Assembly (NCBI RefSeq): GCF_036971445.1
Contig: NC_091471.1
Coordinates: forward strand, 100,130,001 to 100,194,000
From: Narcine bancroftii
Lineage: Eukaryota
Reading direction: 5' to 3'
Length of the DNA: 64,000 nucleotides
Every line of letters starts with the position of its first letter. Position 1 is the first letter of the stretch. The notes under the pieces were generated by a model. It searched no databases. It saw only the letters and a list, made by a program, of their open reading frames with translations, and was not told the DNA's origin. This document shows positions 12,301-23,931 of the stretch, one piece after another. The position numbers and the translations under genes are program-made.

Positions 12301-13428
12301 CCAGTAATATGGCACTCCCCTCACCGCACATGCGGTCAGCACCGGAAGTTCTTCAGGAACGCACGCTGCATTGCTTGCTGGCTGCGATCGGGACCTGCAG
12401 ACCCTTTGGTAGTGGCCCCTCTTTCCTCAGCCCAAGCACATCGCTCCTTTCGCAGGGCAGAGGCACCTTGTGTGCTTGGCCTGCCCACAGAAGTTGCATC
12501 TCGACGATGCAGTCAGCGTGATTGCAGCCGTGGTCGGGTCGCTGATGCCTGACTCTGAGTCCCAGGCTGATGGCTCTCGTGGTGGAACATACATAGTTGG
12601 CCCACTTCTGCCTACGATAGACACTGCTTGGCGCTGGGCCAAGTCCAGAGTTCTGACCAGTTTGATAGCCTTTTTGAGAGGGAGCGGCCCTTCCTCAAGG
12701 AGTCTTTGCTGGATGTAGTCCGACCTCAAACCCGAAACACAGGCGTCTCTGATCAACTCTTCCAAGCACTGGTTCAGTGATATCATGCCCGGGCCCGTGA
12801 GATCCCCCAAACAGTCTTTTCCCAGTGTGACCAAGGACTGGACGAATTCTTTGGCAGACTCACCAGGCTGCTGTTTCCAGGATGCCAGCAGGTAACGGGA
12901 GTAAACTGAGTTCACCTTTGGTTTATAGAGTGCCCGCAGCTCAGCCATCGCCTCGGTGTAGGTCGCACAACCTAGGATGGTCAAATAGGCCTTCTGGCCA
13001 ACTCATGCTTGAAGCATCTTGAGCTTCTTCTCATCCGAGTCGACCATCTCCGCAGTGACATCGAGGAAATTATTAAAACAGTTCACCCACTGCTCGAAGA
13101 GTACTGATGCACCCAGGACTTGGGGGTCTACTTCCAGCCATTCGGGGCGCTGCAATTTCTCCATAACCAAAGAGTTCAAAAATCAAGCTCAATAAATTGT
13201 TGGACACTATTAGTAGCCCCAATAATGGCGCAGACCGAAGACTGAGGGGAACGATAGGTTTTATTGAGCAAGAGACTGCTGGCCCGGGTCTAGGTTAAGA
13301 AAATGCGCAGGAAGGAGAGGGGACTGACCTTTATGGCCCGGGGTCACATGGAAAGGATTAAGGGAGGATCTAAGGCAGGGAGACACCCGAAGGGCGGGCC
13401 AGCCAGTGAATACAGCCATATCACCACA
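9370..13428 (-). mobile_element. Gypsy LTR retrotransposon (5' LTR, gag, PR, RT, RH, IN; 3' LTR lost)
   Basis: 5' LTR 13198-13428 and gag ATG at 13164. Zinc knuckle CNFCGQAKH, protease LFDSGS, RT YLDNV, integrase VVDEFSRF/HSDRG/GNGQVERENG. Multiple frameshifts. Confidence 0.92.
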
Positions 13429-13474
13429 GTTTGTTTATCACCTTGAACCAGGTCTAATCATAGAATTAAACGGT

Positions 13475-13744
13475 TGTGGAGGTACACTCTCTCATGGTGA
13501 GCCAGCCCCGCGTGTAATGCCAAGTAACGGGGCAGCCATGGGAAGATGGTGCTGTCAGAGATTTCTCCCTGCCTCAAGTCTCCTGCCCAACGCGCGCCTG
13601 GAGCAGCGAATATGATGTCACAATGCACGAGGTGACTGAGTTCATGCTGCCCTTAAAAGGACGCGCACTGAATTTGAATAAAAACAGTCATTAACGACTT
13701 TCAATATGGTGGCTGAGTCTTTCTTGGCTGTGTCCAGCACTACA
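13475..13744 (+). mobile_element. Solo LTR inserted in the host gag
   Basis: TGTGG..CTACA termini, AATAAA, flanks CGGT/CGCT. Removing it restores the gag frame SNHRIKRYEFQGLMQETD. Confidence 0.75.
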
Positions 13745-13781
13745 CGCTATGAATTTCAAGGCTTAATGCAAGAGACTGATT

Positions 13782-15971
13782 CTTTCTCTTTTCTTTCTTT
13801 GGCTTGGCTTCGCGGATGAAGATTTATAGAGGGGGTAAATGTCCACGTCAGCTGCAGGCTCGATTGTGGCTGACAAGTCCAATGCGGGACAGGCAGACAC
13901 TGTTGCAGCGGTTGCAGGGGAAAATTGGTTGGTTGGGGTTGGGTGTTGGGTTTTTCTTCCTTTGTCTTTTGTCAGTGAGGTGGGCTCTGCGGTCTTCTTC
14001 AAAGGAGGTTGCTGCCCGCCGAACTGTGAGGCGCCAAGATGCATGGTTTGAGGCGATATCAGCCCACTGGCGGTGGTCAATGTGGCAGGCACCAAGAGAT
14101 TTCTTTAGGTAGTCCTTGTACCTCTTCTTTGGTGCACCTCTGTCACGGTGGCCAGTGGAGAGCTCGCCATATAACACGATCTTGGGAAGGCGATGGTCCT
14201 CCATTCTGGAGACGTGACCCACCCAGCGCAGCTGGATCTTCAGCAGCGTGGACTCGATGCTGTCGGCCTCTGCCATCTCGAGTACTTTGATGTTAGGGAT
14301 GAAGGCGCTCCAATGAATGTTGAGGATGAAGCGGAGACAACGCTGGTGGAAGCGTTCTAGGAGCCGTAGGTGATGCCGGTAGAGGACCCATGATTCGGAG
14401 CCGAACAGGAGTGTGGGTATGACAACGGCTCTGTATACGTTTATCTTTGTGAGGTTTTTCAGTTGGTTGTTTTTCCAGACTCTTTTGTGTAGTCTTCCAA
14501 AGGCGCTATTTGCCTTGGCGAGTCTGTTGTCTATCTCGTTGTCGATCCTTGCATCTGATGAAATGGTGCAGTCGAGATAGGTAAACTGGTTGACTGTATT
14601 GAGTTTTGTGTGCCCGATGGAGATGTAGGGGGGCTGGTAGTCATGGTGGGGAGCTGGCTGATGGAGGGCCTCAGTTTTCTTCAGGCTGACTTCCAGGCCA
14701 AACATTTTGGCAGTTTGCGCAAATCAGGACGTCAAGCGCTGAAGAGCTGGCTCTGAATGGGCAACTAAAGCGGCATCGTCTGCAAAGAGTAGTTCACGGA
14801 CAAGTTGCTCTTGTGTCTTGGTGTGAGCTTGCAGGCGTCTCAGATTGAAGAGACTGCCATCTGTGCGGTACCGGATGTAAACAGCGTCTTCATTGTTGAG
14901 GTCTTTCATGGCTTGGTTCGGCATCATGTTGAAGAAGATTGAAAAGTGGGTTGGTGCGAGAACACAGCCTTGCTTCACGCCATTGTTAATGGAGAAGGGT
15001 TCAGAGAGCTCATTGCTGTATCTGACCCGACCTTGTTGGTTTTCGTGCAGTTGGATAACCATGTTGAGGAACTTTGGGGGGCATCCGATGCGCTCTAGTA
15101 TTTGCCAAAGCCCTTTCCTGCTCACAGTGTCGAAGGCTTTGGTGAGGTCAACAAAGGAGATGTAAAGTCCTTTGTTTTGTTCTCTGCACTTTTCTTGGAG
15201 CTGTCTGAGGGCAAAGACCATGTCAGTAGTTCCTCTGTTTGCGTGAAAGCCGCACTGTGATTCTGGGAGAATATTCTCGGCGACACTAGGTATTATTCTA
15301 TTTAGGAGAATCCTAGCAAAGAAGCGAGCTGCCCACCAGGCTCACCTTACAAAGCCGTCCTGTCCAGACAAGAAACAAGCCTTCCGTCGTGCATGCAGCC
15401 ATCTTCAGCGCAAACTCCGGGAGATCCAAAATGAGTGGTGGACTAGCCTCGCCAAGCAAACCCAGCTCAGCGCGGACATTGGCGACTTCAGGGGTTTCTA
15501 CGAGGCTCTAAAGGCTGTGTTCGGCCCCTTACCCCAAGTCCAAAGCCCGCAGCGCAGCTCAGACGGCAAAGTCCTCCTCAGCGACAAGATCTCTATCCTC
15601 AACCGATGGTCAGAACACTTCCAATCTCTTTTCAGTGCCAACCGCTCAGTCCAAGATTCCGCCCTGCTCCTGCTCCCTCAACAGCCCCTAAGGCTAGAGC
15701 TGGATGAGGTCCTCACCCGGGAAGAGACATATAAGGCAATTGAACAACTGAAAAGTGGCAAAGCAGCAGGTATGGATGGAATCCCCCAAGAGGTCTGGAA
15801 GGCTGGCGGCAAAACTCTGCATGTCAAACTGCATGAGTTTTTCAAGCTTTGTTGGAACCAAGGAAAACTGCCTCAGGACCTTTGTGATGCCATCATCATC
15901 ACCCTGTACAAAAACAAAGGCGAGAAATCAGACTGCTCAAACTACAGGAGAATCACGCTGCTCTCCATTGC
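13782..15971 (-). mobile_element. RTE-clade LINE, 5'-truncated with inverted 5' segment
   Basis: RT on - strand at 13848-15322 (FVDLTKAFD, GVKQGCVLAP, LFADD) with an (AAGA)n-type tail. Upstream ORF segment on + strand at ~15320-15971. TSD AGAGACTGATT at 13771-13781 and 15972-15982. Confidence 0.93.
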
Positions 15972-18900
15972 AGAGACTGATTAAACTGTTGATAACTTCC
16001 TCATTAGACTAAAAATTGTTGCTGCAATATGCAGATTTAAGGATATAGAAGAAAGATGAATTGATCAACATGTTAAAGAGTGTCTATCCTCTTGAAGGAT
16101 AGCTTGAAGCTGGCTGAGGCTATAGACACAGCTAGAGTCTTTGAAGCCACGAGGTCACAAATGCAATCCCTATCTCTGCAGACCTACCACAGCAAAGGGA
16201 AGGAAGGGTTGATGCAATAAAGAACACAATCAGATAAGTTCAAACCCCTAGGTCCTGCAGGACGTGTGGCAGACAACACCCTTTTGATGACCAAATCAAA
16301 TGCCCCACATATGGTTCTGAATGTAGAGCCTGTGGTAAAGCAAACCTCTGGGGGAAGATGTGCAGGTCTGCTATGAAGAAAACAGTAATACCAGTGAAGA
16401 AAAAAGACAAGAAGAAGATCCACCACATTAAAGGAAACAACAGTGAAGACTCCGACAGCCAGATACTGGACATGGAATCCATACACCTTCACAAGATGTC
16501 GGGTGAGATGAAAGAAGGAAGCGAGTTACACACAAAGATCCAAATATAGAGAACAATCCAGAACAAGCCTACAATATTTAACCTAAAGGTGAAGTTGGAT
16601 TCTGGATCACAAAGCAATGTCCTTTCACTCAGAGAACATAATAAAAGGGTATCCAAAAGACAGTGCATTGGAAACAGCAAATGTCACATTAATGACCTAT
16701 GGTGGACCCATGATCAAGCAGCTAGGGAGAGCTAAGATCAATGGCTGCCATAAGGGAAAGGACATCCTCTGTACGTTCTATGTGGTAGGTGCAGACAAAC
16801 CAGCAATTCTAGGTCTGGATAGCTGCCAGGAGTTGCATTTGATCTCTGTCAATTATGAGATCCAGATGGAGAAGATATCCAAAAGCATCAACAGACACAC
16901 ACAAAAAAAAAGAAGAAATGATTTCCACAGAAGTACCTGCCAGGCCATGTCACACAGTGGGAGCAAACTCGTTCACCGAGAATCAAGTGGTATTTAATAG
17001 TAGCCTGTTACTATTCTTAGTTTCCATTCTTCAAAAGGGTGAAAGACCTGAGAGCCACTATCACCTCAGAAATGAGAGCGCTCTTTGCTGAACAAGGAAT
17101 ACTGAACAAGTAATATGTGACAATGGAACACAGTTCAAATCACAAGAATTCAGAAAGCTGGCTGCAGAGTATGGGTTTGTTATCACTACATCATCCCCAT
17201 AGGTCATGGGTTCATTGAAAGACAAGTGCAAACTGTGAAATGCATGCTAATTAAGTGTTGCAGAACAAAAGACCCATATCTTGCTCTTCTATCATTACGA
17301 GCAACACCTTTAAGGGCTGACATGAAGTACCTAGCAGAACTTCTAAATGGCAGGAGATAAAAAAAAACAACTCTGCCAAGCAAAATACACTCTCCAGAAG
17401 ACCAGAAGGAAACCAGAAGAAAACTGGCTGACATGCAAGAAGAAGGACGCCAGCATTATAACAAACATGCAGAAACATTGGCAGGACTCTTCAGAGGGCA
17501 GCATATGCATATTTAAGAGCTGATGTTGAAAACATGGACCCCAGCAAAGGTCATTGGATAAGTCGAGACACCAAGATCAATCATTGTTGAACCAGACTCT
17601 GGAAATCAGTTGAGGATGAACAGAATTCACATCCAGCCTACACATGATGTGTTGAAGTAGAAAGCTTTAATACCAGCAAAGCCTGCAACACCAATATCAA
17701 GTGAGGTATCAAGTGAAGAGACCACAACCACTAATAATGAAACATCAACACAGCAGTTGTCAGCTGAAGCTCAACAAGCTACATCACCTACACATGTACC
17801 AGCAACACAGAGCCCAAAGGTTGCAGCCAAATCCACAAGATGGTGAAGGAACATACTGCTGCCAGTGTGATATCGATAAGGACTATTTAAAAATAGTTGT
17901 GTAAATAAACTAGTGTAAAAGTTCATTTACTTAATTTGCACTGGAAAGAAAGTGATTAAAAAAAACTATTTTTTTCTTTATCTTGAGAAGGAGGGATGTT
18001 ATATAATCAGGATAATGTGAACTATTTTGTAACCACATAAGAATACACCCTTCTCACTGTAGTGCACCACTGTGGGGTGCATGTATATGTATAGAGTGTG
18101 TGTGAACAGTTTCCTGAGATGGTGGAAAACATCAGTAAGTAGACTCTCTTTTGTTATTTGAATCTTGGATTTAAGAAGTTGCCCACGGTAACAAAGACAT
18201 AACAACCATTATTTAGGTTATTTTACTAAAAACAGCTCAAAAATTGTGCTCCACTATATGACAACCAACTTTGGCACAATATTTGATAATTTCCTGAATA
18301 CTCTTAATTCATTGTACCAAATTGCAGTGGGAGGAAATGGTCAGAATTATTCTTCACATCATATTTCTCTTATTATAAAGACAAAAATTAACATCCTTAC
18401 CATCTGATCATCTTTTGGATAATTTGATGCCCTTCACTCATACAGAAATACTATACAGTGTTATTAATAAATTAAATTCATCTTTGTGCAACAAATACAC
18501 TAATTTGTATTATTTTTTTATGACAGACATTAAATCATTTAGAATGTGTTCAACAATAGTAATGGAAAATACACAAAATGATATATTCTGAAAGATAAAA
18601 AATAAGAAAACCTGAGAACATGACAGTAAAATTATCAATACACAATGTTTCTAAATCTTTATCAGAAATTTAAACAAAAACAGAATTGGCTGGAAATACT
18701 CAACAGGTGAGGTCGAATCTATGGAAAGAGAAATAGATTTAATATTTCGGAACAAAGACACTTTGTCAGTACAACCTTCAGTTTTTGGTTTAAATTTCGA
18801 GCATCTGCAATTTTGCTTGCCAATGAATTATTTTTTTGGAACACCATAATGCTGAAAACAAAAAAAAAGTGAGCACATCTGGTCATCAATTTTTTTTTTT

Positions 18901-19162
18901 AATGGCAGGTGAGGCTCTCCATTGGAAACATGGTTGGAACTGCTTTCACTCTGTTTCAGTAAATTTGTCAAAAGTATAATGGAACCACCACCCACACCAC
19001 CAATGGTTTGTCATCTTATTCTGGCAACAGGAAGGAATCAGGACAATGTTCATGTTGTGGACCCATATGTTAGCAATGTACTGCTGACACTTAATGACAA
19101 AACAAAATAATTCAGTTATTATTCACTCTCATGTATTATTTCCAAACATTTGCATCTCATAG

Positions 19163-19253
19163 TTAAGCCTTATGAACGGATGAATCTTGCAGAGCTAAAG
19201 GAAGCAGAGGATGAGTTTGATGAGGAAGATGAACGTGCTATTGAAATGTACAG
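19163..19253 (+). CDS. PDCL2: PDCL2 coding exon 3
   Basis: tag|..|gtgagc. Encodes (V)[29 protein letters not shown](R); 91 nt, phases consistent with neighbours. Confidence 0.95.
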
Positions 19254-20434
19254 GTGAGCATGATGAATTCTAAACAGCTTTCGTACTAAAGGGATATCTT
19301 TTGCTTTACACATTCAGTATGGTCTATCTGTAGCTCAAGCCCTATTAACATACCCCACTTTTTCACACTTATCTTTCCTTCTGCAGTCTATGCATGTTTC
19401 AAAAGGATCTAATAGAATTTTGAAGGAATAGGGATAAGAATGCCAATATAAAATATGTAAGCATATATTCTCCATCTCCTTTAAATGTTTAGAAGAAACT
19501 TTACCAACTGGGAATCCATTATTAAAAATTCACACACCAATCATTATCCATCATTAGGCATCTGCCCAAATACACTGAGCCTTGCCCCATCGCCATTCCA
19601 CTCACTGATCTTCCATTGTCTAAGCTCATAATCCAACAAACCCATGATGGAGACTATGATTTCCAGCCAATCCCTCTCCATCTACCTAAGCCCTGATCTG
19701 ACCTGATTCTCCAAAGCTGGCACCACTACTTCAATTTCTAACTCCAGGCCCTATCTAAGCCAAATTGCCTCACCCTCCACCTGCTCGCCCTCCAGGATCC
19801 ACAATTGGTCTCGAGTGACTTTAATTAACAAGCACATGCAATGCATTACACAAGTTTGTAGTGATGGGCTCAGAGCCAAACTGGCATCGCAGTAAAGACC
19901 ATCTAACATAGTGATGTGTGCACAAGAATTGCTAGGCAAGCATGCTCAGAGAATTGTACATTGTGAACCTAGGGGTCACCTTAGTGGCATTTGTATGTGA
20001 AAGACCACCTACTGTGAAAATTGCTCGTGATTTACATGATTCCCTCAATTTTATGGCTCTAACTGGGGGTAAATATTTGCATTCCCTATCTGTACCACAT
20101 ATGAGGCACAGTTCAATTCTGGCAATGCATTAATAATAGGATGGGAAACATTTTAGAAGGTATTAAGGACTAATATATAAAACCTATTCACATGAATGTG
20201 TAAAAACAATCCAACAGGAAATAATTCCTACTGCTAGTAAAATATGGAAAATATACATGAAGAATTACAGAGATGATTATGCTGATATTGGAAATAGATT
20301 CCATGGGCTTAGGATTCTTGGGATTCCATCTGACGTTGGCTTCTACTTGACTCACGCAGAAGCGGTCCACACAATGAGCCTTGATGATACCCTTTGACTG
20401 CTGTTTCTTGCATGGACACATTACAGTGGGAACG

Positions 20435-20672
20435 TGTGATAGTACAGATCTATCACCAATGTATATAGTGTATATAGTTACAGTATCTAGACTGTGCTTA
20501 CAGCGATTGGCTGAGAGCTTAGCCACGCCTACTGTCTGGGCCTTAAAGGGTTGTGTCCCTAGCCAGGTCCGATCATTCCGGACTGGTCGGCCACCTGTGA
20601 AGAGCTCCTGTCTTTTGCTAATAAAGGCCTTGGTTTGGATCAACAAGTCTGGTTCTTTCGACGAGCTCTACA
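20435..20672 (+). mobile_element. Solo LTR related to the LTRs at 48087 and 52635
   Basis: TGTGATAGTACAGAT..CTACA with shared ATTGGCTGAGAGC.TAGCCACGCCTACTG and CCTTGGTTTGGATCAACAAGTCT; flanks GAACG/GTACG. Confidence 0.9.
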
Positions 20673-20832
20673 GTACGTGCACTTAAAAGTACCAGCAACT
20701 TTCCCCTTTTGTGGGAATAACTACCTCACTCAAAGATGGGAGATCAGAAAGATATGGGAACTATACTTATTGCAATTCATAGACATGCAGTTGTGAGATC
20801 TGTCCTGAAATCAGCTCACATTTGTTTCTTAG

Positions 20833-20976
20833 ATGCCAGAGAGTGGCAGAATGGCAAGCTGTACAGAGAAAAAGGAGATTTGGTGAGCTGGCTGAACTCC
20901 AAGGAAATGAGTATGTGAAACAAATTACTTATGCTGGAGAAGATATATGGGTCATACTTCACCTTTATAGACCTGG
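20833..20976 (+). CDS. PDCL2: PDCL2 coding exon 4
   Basis: tag|..|gtatgt. Encodes CQRVAEWQAVQRKRRFGELAELQGNEYVKQITYAGEDIWVILHLYRP(G), the start of the thioredoxin-like domain; 144 nt. Confidence 0.95.
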
Positions 20977-21214
20977 GTATGTCGTCATTTTATCTCCCAT
21001 ATATTTCAGTAATTTAAGAAGTATGACAAACTTATAAAGTTTCAACAAACAATAACGCTATAACTAATTCTACAAACCATAATGCCCCACATCATATATA
21101 TTACTATTAAATGGTTTAGGAATATTTTTGTTCACTCAAGTAAGATCAAGAATAATGTTTTGGTGGCAAATATTTCAGAAGTCATGTTGAAGTTGCTGAA
21201 TTTCAGATGCTGAA

Positions 21215-21460
21215 ATTAGAACATAGAACATGACAGCTTCTGCCTACCAAAAAAAATCCCACTATTTTTAATAACCCTCTATTTTTCTTTCATTCATGTG
21301 CCTCTTAAATGCCCCTATTGATCCAGCATCCACCGTCATAGCTGGCAATGCATTCCAGGCACCCACAACTCTCTGTGTAAAAAACCTAACCCTGTTGTCT
21401 CCCCTAAACTTTCCTCCTTTTACTTTGTACAGTTGTGTTTGCTACTCCTGCCCTGCGAAA
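21215..21460 (-). mobile_element. CR1-like LINE 3' fragment
   Basis: AGAACATAGAACAT tail and GGCAATGCATTCCAGGCACCCACAACTCTCTGTGTAAAAAA (reverse strand FFTQRVVGAWNALP). Confidence 0.7.
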
Positions 21461-21866
21461 ATGTTGGAACATGTTGCAAATATTTTGTTCTTTGGGCAGG
21501 GTCTACAGAGAAAGAAACAGAGTTAATATTTTAGGTCATTTACCTTTCATTAGTGCTTGGGAAAATTAGAGATTTTAATATGGAATGAAGTTGAGGGAAA
21601 AATAGATTTGCGTGGTAAGGAAAATAAGAGGTATTATAATGCAAGCTGAAAGAAAGTAGTGCTGGGAAACATAAAAAATGCATACACATTGACATGAGGA
21701 CCTGTGAATAGTAGAAACAGAATTAATATCTGAAATAACCAAAAGTAAATTAGTGCTTGAAATTTGAAATAAAAATGCTGATCATCTCAATTGTTGAATT
21801 CAGTGTTGACTCCAGGGGGCATTTTCAGCCTAATTGGAAGGTGTGGTCATGTTCTTTGAGCTTATA

Positions 21867-22185
21867 TAGGTGCTCTTCTACCTACAATGGAGTCATGTTC
21901 TGATGAACCCATCGTAAGTGGAAAAACTGTATACCACACCTACCGAACATCATAGTGTAGCTTACCTTAAATGAGCTCAGACCACTTACCATAGCCCACA
22001 GCTGGGCAAATTTATCCAAAACATATTAAATACATTACATATAATTAATATTACATATAATTAAATGTTGAATACATTTTATTCTACACTGAAATAAACA
22101 ATTTTGACTTGTAAAATATGGCACCAGTGTACCTTCATAACTTTAAAATATTTTGTTGAGCCACCTGTAAGTGGAGGAGCATCTG
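21867..22185. mobile_element. Tc1/mariner (Tigger-like) MITE
   Basis: Imperfect TIRs AGGTGCTCTTCTACCTAC / GTAAGTGGAGGAGCATCTG, with TA on the left flank. Confidence 0.6.
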
Positions 22186-22204
22186 TCCAATGTTTTCAGT
22201 TTCA

Positions 22205-22445
22205 TTGAGATACAGCACTTTAGCAGGCCCTTCCAGCCCTGAGCCTATTTCCCCCCCCCAATAACACCCATGTAACTAATTAACCGACTAGCCTATATGT
22301 TTTTGGAACATGGGAGGAAACCAGAGCACCCAGAGGAAAACAACGCAGACAAAGGGAGAATGTCCTTACAGACATTACTTGATTTGAACCCGCATCTCTA
22401 GAGCTGTGATGGCATTGTGTTAACTGTTATGTTAACTGTGCTGCC
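22205..22445 (-). mobile_element. tRNA-derived V-SINE-like element
   Basis: GGGAGGAAACCAGAGCACCC..ACGCAGAC..GGGAGAATGT core and a B-box-like segment (TTTGAACCC on +); similar to 62395-62650. Confidence 0.7.
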
Positions 22446-23931
22446 AATTTGTATTTTATTGGAATCAATTAAAAGGCATGGGAGTGGGACAAGTAGAAAA
22501 TGATACTTGGGGGTCTCCGTTGCAGAAATTCCATAAAGCAGACTTCCAGTTTGTTTTTTTTATCAGTAATGTACAGGATGCTACATCATGAAATGGAAAG
22601 ATTTTTCATCCCCTGGGCCTCACTGGCAAGGCCAGCATTTATTGTCCATTCCAAATTGGCCATGAGAATTGGCCTTGAACTGCCACCATGAGGGCACTCC
22701 CACCATGCTTTTGGGAGAAAGTTCCATAATTTAGACTCAGTACCAATGAAAGACCTGTAATGCACTTGCAAATAAGGATTATTGCACATATGAGATAGGC
22801 ATTGCCAAGTCAGTAGTCTAATTGTGAATTATACACTAGTCATCAGCCCATATCTTAAAATTGAGATACACACGTCAAGAAAAGACAAGGAAGAATCAGA
22901 GATAGATTCCATGAAGTAAAGCACAAAGGTCTGTGGACACGGTGGTTGAAGTAAAATTACATTTCTGGTTTGATCGCTTCATCAAGCCTTGATAAAAAGC
23001 TCAAAACCCAAAACACCGGTCATGTATCTTTATCTGTGCTATATAAAGTACACTCTGTGACCTGCTCAGTTTTGCCAGGATTGTGATTTTACTAGATTCC
23101 ATGAACATGAGATGGGAACTATCTAATTCCAAAGAGTAGAGCTGAAGGAAGAAATAAATGAAATGTACACCATTCATTGGTGGAAAAAGAATTATCAAAG
23201 GAATATTTCTGAAGATTTAATTTTGATTCAAAAATATAAAATGAATGTGTGTATTGATTTTGTTCAATGTATTTTAAGTGGAATATGTGGTGAGATAATC
23301 AATGATTAACCTATTAGAATTAAATTTGTTGGATGCCAAAAATGACTATTGATTGGAACAGTGTGACCTCAGAAGTGGAACATGTTTTGAAATAGTATGT
23401 TAGAGATATTTATCCTTCAAAACAGTAATAGTTTTGCCAAAAGGTTATCCTGCCCTTAATTATTAAATACTTCAAAGTACAACAAACATTTTAACTGTCA
23501 ATAAATACAGAAATATGCTTATTTTACTATTTTTCATACAAAATTTTGATTTGTTGATGTCAATCACGTAATTAATTTTGATATTTGCTATTTTTCTTAC
23601 TCCATTTCCTATTTTTCGTCTGTTAATTATTCTATATTGTCCTACTTTAATGAAACTAACTACACAGTTCAAACATAGGAAATTAATTTTACTTTAACAT
23701 ATTATTTTAACATTTTATTTCACGGCTACTTGTTGAAAGCATAGAATCTATGCAAACCCCGTATGGTGAAATATCCAACTTGCTGACAGGAATCGTAACT
23801 GATACATCTCACACATCTTTCAGAGGACAAAATATTGCAGTCCATCAATGCTTATGTCCCACTATGAAGACTCAATCTTTAATGCAAGTAAATTAAAAAT
23901 AATAAATTTAATTACAAGAAGAACAAGCTGC

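Larger units (their letters stand above)
9070..18204 (+). mobile_element. Gypsy (Mag-like) LTR retrotransposon lacking RT/RNase H, host of nested inserts
   Basis: Paired LTRs 9070-9289 and 17997-18204 (TGTTAT..ATAACA). PBS TGGCAGTGGT resembles tRNA-Leu; PPT GAGAAGGAGGGA. Flanks ACTGT/ACCAT both derive from ACCGT by CpG decay. Gag zinc knuckles ~16255-16360, protease KLDSGSQ ~16590, integrase ICDNGTQF..ERQVQTVK ~17110-17240. Confidence 0.88.

Noticed and set aside
1-13428. Pairing the LTRs at 1-204 and 13198-13428 as one element
   Set aside because: They are visibly diverged, no PPT adjoins position 204, and PDCL2 exons 1-2 lie between them.
13848-14705. 285-aa ORF as a host gene
   Set aside because: It is the RTE RT C-terminus, with a near-identical copy at 41611-42405.
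19500-20430. Possible decayed Penelope-like coding fragments
   Set aside because: Too degenerate to assign motifs reliably by eye.
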